DNA of 63,637 nt, the filler included, from Babesia bigemina (Eukaryota): assembly GCF_000981445.1 (NCBI RefSeq). It is 6 parts of 6 records of this genome, joined end to end, with 100 filler letters (N's around TTAATTAATTAA, not from the genome) between each part and the next. Parts side by side here need not be neighbours in the genome. Positions count along the whole stretch, not along the records: positions 45,109 to 56,637 come from NW_012237137.1; positions 56,738 to 63,637 come from NW_012237138.1; 4 more parts are not named here. One strand, written 5' to 3'. A program made the translations under genes and the position numbers. Positions 55,765-63,637 of this stretch are shown here, piece after piece. The notes beneath the pieces were generated by a model, which saw only the letters and a program-made list of their open reading frames with translations, made no database searches and was not told the origin of the DNA. Within the stretch, counting starts at the first letter, position 1, and each line of letters starts with the position of its first letter.

Positions 55765-56637
55765 TTGCTGATGCTGACCATTCTCTCACTGAAGATGTTA
55801 CTAAGAAAGCCTTGAAGGATATTGACTCCAAGCTTGTCAGTCTTGGTCAGCTTGCTGGACAGTTTGGAGGATTTGTTGGTGAGAGTGAGAGTGTTAAGAA
55901 AGCCGTTGTGAAGGCTATTATCGCTTGTTTCGACAATAATCCGCACCTAAAAAATGACCTAAAAGATGTTTACTCTTCTTATGTTACTACCCTTTCTGAG
56001 TCTGTCAAGCCTGTTGACCAGGCTGATGACACCGGAAAAATTAGTGAGCTTAGTGAGCGAGTTAGTCAAGAAATTCAAACTCTTAATGATCTACTTAATA
56101 AGCCTAATAACCTCTATAATAACTCTCTTCCTTCCCCCTCTCTCTCTGCTGACCCAGCCAAATTGCAGTCCAAGTTGGAGGCTTTGAAGAAAGTGCAGAA
56201 GCTTTGTGGATTTTTGAGTAATCCTAATATTGCGTCAAATGATCCTAAAAAGCTCTTAGAGAATCTTTGTGACGGCCTTCAGACTTTTCTTGGTTACGAT
56301 AAAGACTCCAAAGGCTACGACGGCACTGGGATTGTGTACTCCGACTTGGATAGGCTGTGTGACGGGGTGGTGGCGTTTTTGAGTGGTGTGCTTGGTGCGG
56401 GGAAAAACACTCAGACTTCAATGTCCGGTAAAATACATTACAAACTTGGGTAGGTATGGAATTAAGCAATATCTTTGGCTCGGTCACGAGGGGTTTCCTA
56501 AGTTTCTTCCCTCCCGAACCAAAAAGTCGGGAAGTTCAACAGGGAAGTGGAGGAGAGGCCTAATAAAAAAAGTGGTCGAATCCCATTAATGGGTTAATTA
56601 AATTCGCTCAAAAATCCGAGGGGAGACTGCTTGGTAG
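55765..56637 (+). CDS. 5' part of ves1-like gene, truncated by contig end (noisy after ~56400)
   Basis: ORF 55812-56453 closely matches the N-terminus of the 45531 ORF, incl. PSPSxSADPAKLQSKLEALKKV and GIVYSDLDRLCD. Confidence 0.72.
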
Positions 56638-56749
56638 NNNNNNNNNNNNNNNNNNNNNNNNNNNNNNNNNNNNNNNNNNNNTTAATTAATTAANNNNNNN
56701 NNNNNNNNNNNNNNNNNNNNNNNNNNNNNNNNNNNNNCATTGAGTCCAG

Positions 56750-59700
56750 CTTGTTAGCCTTGGTCACCTTGCTGGTCAACTTGGCGGATTTGTTGGTGAG
56801 AGTGAGAGTGTTAAGAAAGCCGTTAAGAATGCTTTAGATATCCTTACTGAACGGCAAAAAAAGTGTAAAAACTTTCAAAATGATATTCATAATAATCTTG
56901 ATTGTCAAGATCCTTCGAATTGTCAGAGCATCAAGGAGAAGATAGAGAAACTTGAGAACTTTAAAAAAGCAAATGAAAGCAACACAAATTATCCACATGA
57001 TTTGCTTAATAACCTATGCACTGGCCTCGAAACCTTCCTCGGCTTCAACTCTGACTCCAAAGGCTACGATGGCGGTGGGATTGTGTACTCTGACCTGGAT
57101 AGGCTGTGTGACGGGGTGATGGGATTTTTGAGTGGCGTTCTCAGTAACATCAAAGAGCATTTAGGGCAGCATAAAGATACTTTGAATGATGCAATTGAGA
57201 GTCTTAACACCAATAAACACGCCGGTAAAAAAGGTTTTAATGATGCGATTGTAAAGGTGGTCGAAGGGGTGGGGAGGTATAATGATGGTGTCAGAAATTC
57301 CAGCAACCATGTCAAGAACAAAATAACAGATTTCGACAGAGAGATGAAGAGACTCAAAAAAACGGTAAGTGGAATTGTACAAAATAATCCTGTTGCAGAT
57401 GAGACTTTGAAATATCAACAAGCTGCGGAAGAGATCGAGAGGCGTTTGGCAGAATATGAAAAGAGAGCCGCCGACTTTAATAATACTTTAGACATGCAGC
57501 ATAATGATGAAACAACTAGAAACGCAATTAATGATCTTAGTGATAAATTACGTGATAGAATAGATAATGTACGTAGGACCATGGTGCATGAGAAAAGCAG
57601 GTTGAGTGAGTTGGCAGCGAAGGAGAAGGAGCGCTTTCAGAGCTTGGAGGCGTGTATTAACACAACGTTAGTAGGTGTTGGTGCGTGTGTCAATCGCGAA
57701 ATCGGTAATAAAGTGAAGGAGTTGATCCGCGATTTGAGGCAGATGGTGCAGAAGATGTTCGTGCAGCTCGAGAAGATCAACAAAGAGCTGCCGCAGTTTG
57801 TTGAACGGTTGCAAGCATGGATTCAGAAGGCAGATGGAGATGTGGGCAAGACGGAAGGCGAAGTGAAAAAAATACTGGAGCAAGTTAACGACGGTCTGAC
57901 GAGTAACAAGATACCAATTGATGATGCCATTAAGGAGTTGGAGAAGACCAAGATTGCGCTTGAGACGTATATTAGTGGTGAGAAAAGTGGACTGACAGGG
58001 TTTGTGAATAACGTTAACGAGGCGATTGGAAGGCTCTTAAATAAGGTGACGGGTGACACTGGGCCGGTGGATAAGAGTAAGACTATGGAGGAGATTATGC
58101 AACATATAAAAAAGGAAGTTGAATTCATTAGAAAGATGGTTGGGAGTGAAATGGAGGCGAATAAAAATGATTCTGGAAGTGTGGACAATAATTGGGATGC
58201 ACTGAAAAGTAAAATAATGACAACGGCTGCACAGATTCATAATAAGAAGGACAGCTCAAATCCTGGTTATCTCGGTAATATGGAGAAAGGTGTGACAGCG
58301 TATGCGGCATTGTTTAGGAAAGGGGAGGACAAATTTGGAAAAATAGTGGAGGAATGGATTGGTGAAATAGTCGAAAAAGAACCAGTGAAGGATTTACTTA
58401 ATTTGTATTTCGAGCAGAACAGAGGTGCGGGTTACTTCAATGGCCGCTGGAAAAATAAAAACTCTCAAGCGTTACGTGGACATGTCATACCACATCTCAA
58501 GCAGCATATCAAAGATGCTGCTAATAAGATCCAGCCCAACATTAATATCGATGAAACAATGAACGTGGAAGATAGGCTGTCATACATTGTAGGGTATTTG
58601 AAAAAATTTGCGGATGAAATAGTTAAGCAGCCTAGTGATATCGCTTCAAAGGTTGCAGCTTCCGTAGGAGCTCAGCATGAGTTGGTACAGTTTGGTAACA
58701 CGGCGGGTCATAAAAAATATAATCTTGAACTCACTGTCCAAGTAACACTGGCAGCTCTGGCATTTATTGCCAAAAATGTTGCCAACCAACTCGAATCATT
58801 TGCAATCACTAAGACAAAACTTACTACTAACTTGCCGGTAGCTATTAAACAGGTCGATTTAATCGCTGAACAATTTGATCTTGGCACTACTCTAGGCGGT
58901 AAAATTCAAACAGCTCTCGACGGTGTAAAACCGAAAATTAAGATGCTCCACGATAATTTTGGCCAGGTGTTCCAAAACAGCGCGGGCGACGATCCAGATT
59001 ACGCCAAAGCCGTCGACGTGGCCATAAAAACTGTTCAATCTGGAATTGAAGCCATGAACGTAGATACAATCAAAGGCGCCCTCGCAGATTGGACCCACCA
59101 AATTAAGGCCAATTTTGCCGCGCTCACAGGCGAAATCTCAGTTGTCAGTAGGGGCATCAGTACGCAATTGGCTCAACTCAAAAAGTACATATCCCTAAGT
59201 AACGGTGGCAATGGCCTTCAAAAAATCCATGATGATCTTCACAACCTAATAGGCCCGGTAGCAGATGCACACAAGACGGCCAAAAAATTCCTCGGAAGTG
59301 TGGATCACTCCGGTACCGCCACCATCCAGGAACTAGGAAGAGACGTCGATTCACAAGTGGAGAGCGCTAAGAGGACTTTAATCACACAAGCCAGAAAGCA
59401 GTACGTAACATCTCTACAGGGTCTGCTCGTGGCTTTTTCAACGAAAGCTGAGGCGGAATTACATCCGCTGCCTGGCTTGATCGATGAAGAGTTGGACTTG
59501 GGCGTTAAAGGACTCCTAAACACCATGAGCAAAAAAATTACCACTTTGGCAAATCTGGCAAGAGAAGATAACAAAGCAAAATTAACCGGCGCATGTCCTA
59601 TCATCGAGGAGTATTTTAGTGGCATATATACATACATCAGAAGCCAAATCGATGACCCGGAACATCTCCATCGCCTGCTTAGTCACCTGCATCTCTACGT

Positions 59701-62203
59701 TGACCCGCTCCTGGAGTCTCTTGCCATTCACAATTTTGATCACAGGTTTACCAAAAACCTCGACGAGCTGCTAAAATACGTTGATCAGATGCGACCCAGA
59801 TCCCTTGCCGAGCCGTCCAATCCGTTAGCAGAGGCGCTCAAAGAGGGTTTGACGGTGTTTGGCGGTGAACTTGGTAAAGCCTACGTCTCTGTCTACGACG
59901 GCGCCAGCAGTATCAACTGGGATCAGGAGAATAACCCGGAGACTACATACTGCGCTAAAATATTCCTCACGCTTCTACAGCCGCTCTTCGACGGTTTGCA
60001 TGAGCTTCGGCAACACTGCGCAATCAAAGCTGCCTGGGAGCACAAAGCAATTTCGCTAACCGAAGCTGCGCAACACGGTAATACAATCACCAATCCACTC
60101 GGAAGGTTTTTCCAGCGCTGCGGTTACACTGTCTGCTCAGGCCCGAACAAGCATAACGGCGAGCTGCGGAATACGGCGGAGTGCAGGGGCGGACATATTA
60201 ACCAGAAGTTGATAGCCGAGATGCCACCACAAGGGACTACCAAATATAAACTTGTCACCAAAGAGGACGTGCAGGACGCCGTTTTGCATAGACAACCGCA
60301 GACGGACGACGCAGCCAGTGCAAAGCAGTATGGCATCCTGAAGCAGCTCGTCAACCACCTCCACGCTTACTACAGCGTATGTCATCTACCGCATTTCGCC
60401 GCGAGGAAATATCCGTGCTCCGTATTTGACATGCTCAAGTGGCTGTGCGGCCTCACTTCCAGTACCGTCTACAATGACCTAACAGTCAACGGCTTCGATG
60501 TGCTGTTTGAGAAGGACGAAAAGGAGACGGAAGCTGTAACTGATTTCGTTGTTGTAGAAGAGAAGCCTGCGTCCTTGCCCGCATATCCGTATGACATCAC
60601 TTCTCGTAAATTAAGCGGTGAACTGGCGGAGGTTTGCCACTACTCCCAGGACGTGCTCACCTGTCTGCTTGGCAATGGTCACGCTGATGGCATCTACGCT
60701 TGTGAGTTCAATACTAACAACGACGGGTTCATGTATCCCGGTAATATAGACACGTTATTGTGTATGTTGCGTGAAATTCTCAACCGTGTCTACCTGCAGC
60801 TGCACTTCCTATTCCAACAGTGTCAGTACGGCACTTCGCTGAGTGGTTGGCTGGAATGTGAGTACGGTAGAGACGTCGGCGGCTCGTCATGGCAGTGCAA
60901 CACAAACCAATGTGCTGACCAAAAGTGTAAGCAAATAGCTGACCAAAAGAGGAACCAAAACTGTAAGCTACACCCCAAGTGCGGAGTGAAATCGCCACTC
61001 CAGTCGTTCTTGGAGGACGGCCTCCAGGGCTTCTTACCGCATCAAATCAAATATGAAAAAGGCAAACTGGAGTGCAATGTTAAAGGTCATTCTGGTATAC
61101 AGTGCGTCACGCCGATGGGCTTTGCAGACATCAGTCACGTTGCTTCCCTTACGCAAACAGGCCAACGCATCGCGGATGTGCTTGCTGGCTTCTGCGGCAA
61201 TCAGATGTCTCCTCTGGCTAAGATGTGCAGTCTATTGAATTGCGCTATTCTCAGTGCGCCGAAAACACTGGGTGAGATGTTTGGTTTCTATTATACTTTA
61301 CTCAACGGGTGGGATAGAGACGACAAGAATCGGAAGGCGCACAGGGAAGATGCTTACAGAAATGCCGTCAAGAATGCTAACTTCGGAGATCCCAGCACAG
61401 AGTTGGACATCTCTCAACTGTTCAAGAGCACTGCGCATACAGGCACCTCAACTACTCACGCCAAAGGAGACCTGTTCATGCTTGTCAAATGCAACGGTGA
61501 GAAAGCAGCACTGGACCCCGTCGGCACGTGCGGGTCATACCTCCAACCTCTCTGCGGGGACATTTGTAACATGTATTCAAAGGAACACGCTGACAAATAT
61601 TTATCGTGGATTGTCTACCTCACGGAGACGTTCTATGATCTGCTCTCTAAACTGCTTGAAGATTGCAAGAGCAAGTGCGGCTCACCAAAGTCCAGATATC
61701 AACAGCAGACGTGCGTCAAGAATTGCCGCGCCGTTGTTTCTTCTACTAAAAGCCCATCACTCAATCACGATGAGGCCTGCAAATCAATAGTACAATGCCA
61801 ATCATCGCTTCCCAACTTATTCAAATATGGCTTCTATTATGGAAGTGCGTCGGATCTCAGCGGGTCGTATAACAATGCGACGAAACGATCCTGCAAAGAT
61901 TTCTGCAAGGCCCTAGAAAGGGTACTAAACAAAGAAGAAAACCGCGGGCACGTACTTGCCGATTTGGTTTTTAAAAAACTTCCGGATTTCCTATTCACCA
62001 TCAGACAGCCGTTTATATGGATGAACATGGCGCTCTGGTCACTGTCCCTCTTCTACCTGCTCTGCGTAATGGTTGGCAGACTGGATGTGCTCCACATACG
62101 CTCACACCTGAGGATACCGTCGTCGCACAGGATAACGGCGCAATCACTGTTGGCGGCAGCGCAAGTCGGAAGGCTTGCCAAGATATCGTACCTACAACCA
62201 TAA
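56750..62203 (+). CDS. ves1: Large ves1-like protein, tail type A; 5' end at contig edge
   Basis: 1733-aa ORF from TTG 57002; frame open upstream to ~56750 (LVSLGHLAGQLGGFVGESESVKKAV). Confidence 0.83.
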   Translation, partial: LVSLGHLAGQLGGFVGESESVKKAVKNALDILTERQKKCKNFQNDIHNNLDCQDPSNCQSIKEKIEKLENFKKANESNTNYPHDLLNNLCTGLETFLGFNSDSKGYDGGGIVYSDLDRLCDGVMGFLSGVLSNIKEHLGQHKDTLNDAIESLNTNKHAGKKGFNDAIVKVVEGVGRYNDGVRNSSNHVKNKITDFDREMKRLKKTVSGIVQNNPVADETLKYQQAAEEIERRLAEYEKRAADFNNTLDMQHNDETTRNAINDLSDKLRDRIDNVRRTMVHEKSRLSELAAKEKERFQSLEACINTTLVGVGACVNREIGNKVKELIRDLRQMVQKMFVQLEKINKELPQFVERLQAWIQKADGDVGKTEGEVKKILEQVNDGLTSNKIPIDDAIKELEKTKIALETYISGEKSGLTGFVNNVNEAIGRLLNKVTGDTGPVDKSKTMEEIMQHIKKEVEFIRKMVGSEMEANKNDSGSVDNNWDALKSKIMTTAAQIHNKKDSSNPGYLGNMEKGVTAYAALFRKGEDKFGKIVEEWIGEIVEKEPVKDLLNLYFEQNRGAGYFNGRWKNKNSQALRGHVIPHLKQHIKDAANKIQPNINIDETMNVEDRLSYIVGYLKKFADEIVKQPSDIASKVAASVGAQHELVQFGNTAGHKKYNLELTVQVTLAALAFIAKNVANQLESFAITKTKLTTNLPVAIKQVDLIAEQFDLGTTLGGKIQTALDGVKPKIKMLHDNFGQVFQNSAGDDPDYAKAVDVAIKTVQSGIEAMNVDTIKGALADWTHQIKANFAALTGEISVVSRGISTQLAQLKKYISLSNGGNGLQKIHDDLHNLIGPVADAHKTAKKFLGSVDHSGTATIQELGRDVDSQVESAKRTLITQARKQYVTSLQGLLVAFSTKAEAELHPLPGLIDEELDLGVKGLLNTMSKKITTLANLAREDNKAKLTGACPIIEEYFSGIYTYIRSQIDDPEHLHRLLSHLHLYVDPLLESLAIHNFDHRFTKNLDELLKYVDQMRPRSLAEPSNPLAEALKEGLTVFGGELGKAYVSVYDGASSINWDQENNPETTYCAKIFLTLLQPLFDGLHELRQHCAIKAAWEHKAISLTEAAQHGNTITNPLGRFFQRCGYTVCSGPNKHNGELRNTAECRGGHINQKLIAEMPPQGTTKYKLVTKEDVQDAVLHRQPQTDDAASAKQYGILKQLVNHLHAYYSVCHLPHFAARKYPCSVFDMLKWLCGLTSSTVYNDLTVNGFDVLFEKDEKETEAVTDFVVVEEKPASLPAYPYDITSRKLSGELAEVCHYSQDVLTCLLGNGHADGIYACEFNTNNDGFMYPGNIDTLLCMLREILNRVYLQLHFLFQQCQYGTSLSGWLECEYGRDVGGSSWQCNTNQCADQKCKQIADQKRNQNCKLHPKCGVKSPLQSFLEDGLQGFLPHQIKYEKGKLECNVKGHSGIQCVTPMGFADISHVASLTQTGQRIADVLAGFCGNQMSPLAKMCSLLNCAILSAPKTLGEMFGFYYTLLNGWDRDDKNRKAHREDAYRNAVKNANFGDPSTELDISQLFKSTAHTGTSTTHAKGDLFMLVKCNGEKAALDPVGTCGSYLQPLCGDICNMYSKEHADKYLSWIVYLTETFYDLLSKLLEDCKSKCGSPKSRYQQQTCVKNCRAVVSSTKSPSLNHDEACKSIVQCQSSLPNLFKYGFYYGSASDLSGSYNNATKRSCKDFCKALERVLNKEENRGHVLADLVFKKLPDFLFTIRQPFIWMNMALWSLSLFYLLCVMVGRLDVLHIRSHLRIPSSHRITAQSLLAAAQVGRLAKISYLQP

Positions 62204-62364
62204 TCGTAGTCACGTTGTTACTATCTACACTCACCTAGCATATCACCTACTCACCTAACTGACAAACGTGGTCTAATGTCTCGAATTACTCTAGCGGCAA
62301 CCTGTGAAGTAAATAGCACCTAGATTAGGTTATGACTGATAGACAAGGTAACGTGTTAAGCTAC

Positions 62365-63420
62365 CACCCAGGCAAAGTGCTGAGCTAGCACCCAGGCAAA
62401 GTGGTAACCTAGCAACCAGGCAAAGTGCTGAGCTGGCAACCAGGCAAAGTGCTGAGCAAGCAACCAGGCAAAGTGCTGACCTAGCGAGCAAGCTAAGTGC
62501 TAACCTAGCACCCAGGCAAAGTGCTAAGCTAGCAACCAGGCAAAGTGCTAAGCAAGCACACAGGCAAAGTGCTAAGCAAGCAACCAGGGAAAGTGCTAAG
62601 CTGGCAACCAGGGAAAGTGCTAAGCAAGCACTCAGGCAAAGTGCTAAAGTAGCAGCCAGGCAAAGTGCTAAGCTAGCGACCAGGCAAAGTGTTGAGCTAG
62701 CACCCAGGCAAAGTGGTAAACTAGCACCCAGGCAAAGTGCTGAGCTAGCGACCAGGCAACGTGTTGACCTAGCACGCAAGAGCAGTGCTAAGCTGGCACC
62801 CAGGCTAAGTGCTAAGCTAGGACACAGGCAAACTGGTAAGCGAGCAACCAGGCGAAGTGCAAAGCAAGCACCCAGGCAACGTGTTGACCTAGCATCCACG
62901 CTAAGTGCTAAGCTAGCAGCCAGGCAAAGTGGTAAGCTAGCACCCAGGCCAAGTGGTAAGCTAGCACACAGGCAAAGTGCTAAGCTAGCACCCAGTTTAA
63001 GTGGTAAACTGGCAACCAGGCAAAGTGTTGACCTAGCAACCAGGCAAGGTGCTAAGCTAGCAACCAGGCAAAGTGGTAAGCTAGCAACCAGGCAAAGTGC
63101 TAAGCTAGCAACCAGGCAAAGTGCTAAGCTAGCAACCAGGCAAAGTGCTAAGCTAGCACCCAGGCAACGTGCTAAGCTAGCAGCCAGGCTAAGTGCTAAC
63201 CTAGCACACAGGCAAAGTGCTAACCTAGCACCCAGGCTAAGTGCTAAGCTAGCACCCAGGCAACGTGTTGACCTAGCACCAGGCAAAGTGCTAAGCTAGC
63301 AACCAGGCAAGTGCTAAGCTAGCACCCAGGCAAAGTGGTAAGCTAGCACCCAGGCAAAGTGGTAAGCTAGCACGCCAGGCAAAGTGGTAACCTAGCACCC
63401 AAGCAAGTGGTGAGCTAGCA
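62365..63420 (+). repeat. 24-bp satellite
   Basis: Near-identical in variant order to the array starting at 50950. Confidence 0.95.
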
Positions 63421-63637
63421 CATGGACCGAATTTTGGTGGGTGTTGAACCCGTTGATTGCCTGGTGCCTTGAAATAAGCCTTGACGTTAAAAAGTGTCCG
63501 CCTTGGCCCTTGAATCAAGTGTTCCGGGAGGCTGGGGAATGGGTCCTAACCTAGGCTTCCGTAAGCCCCCCGCCGGGGGACTAAATCGGGGTTGGCAAAT
63601 CCCTGGCCCGGGGCCAAATCCGCTTTGGCCCGGTTAA

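Noticed and set aside
63420..63637. Apparently novel sequence at window end
   Set aside because: Noisy copy of the spacer at 8621/52200; typical low-quality read end, as at 18100-18407, 36363-36600 and 56400-56637

Overview
Eukaryotic (piroplasm) DNA, most likely a Babesia sensu stricto species of the B. bigemina/B. ovata type. The organism is inferred from protein family resemblance, not from a search. The window joins six draft contigs (1-18407, 18508-33155, 33256-36262, 36363-45008, 45109-56637, 56738-63637) with artificial 100-nt N44-TTAATTAATTAA-N44 spacers. It is a variant-antigen array. It holds about 11 complete, broken or partial large VESA1/ves1-like genes (conserved LCxGLExFLGF..KGYxGxGIVYSDLDRLCD block, coiled-coil middle, Cys-rich region, C-terminal TM and tail ending YLQP). 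It also holds three small Cys-rich single-TM genes and two orphan tail fragments, all head-to-tail within each contig. The intergenic DNA follows a strict modular order built from five tandem repeats (12, 20, 22, 24 and ~75 bp). Main observations: (1) most large ORFs lack an in-frame start and begin mid-protein next to the 22-bp satellite/leader, and a 3.4-kb duplication ends in that satellite, consistent with a gene-conversion donor archive; (2) the ~75-bp repeat looks like a tandem array of 32-36-nt GT..AG micro-introns, each carrying an ATG, upstream of the small genes; (3) all nine large-gene 3' ends share an invariant 17-mer; (4) the C-terminal tail type always predicts the downstream satellite.
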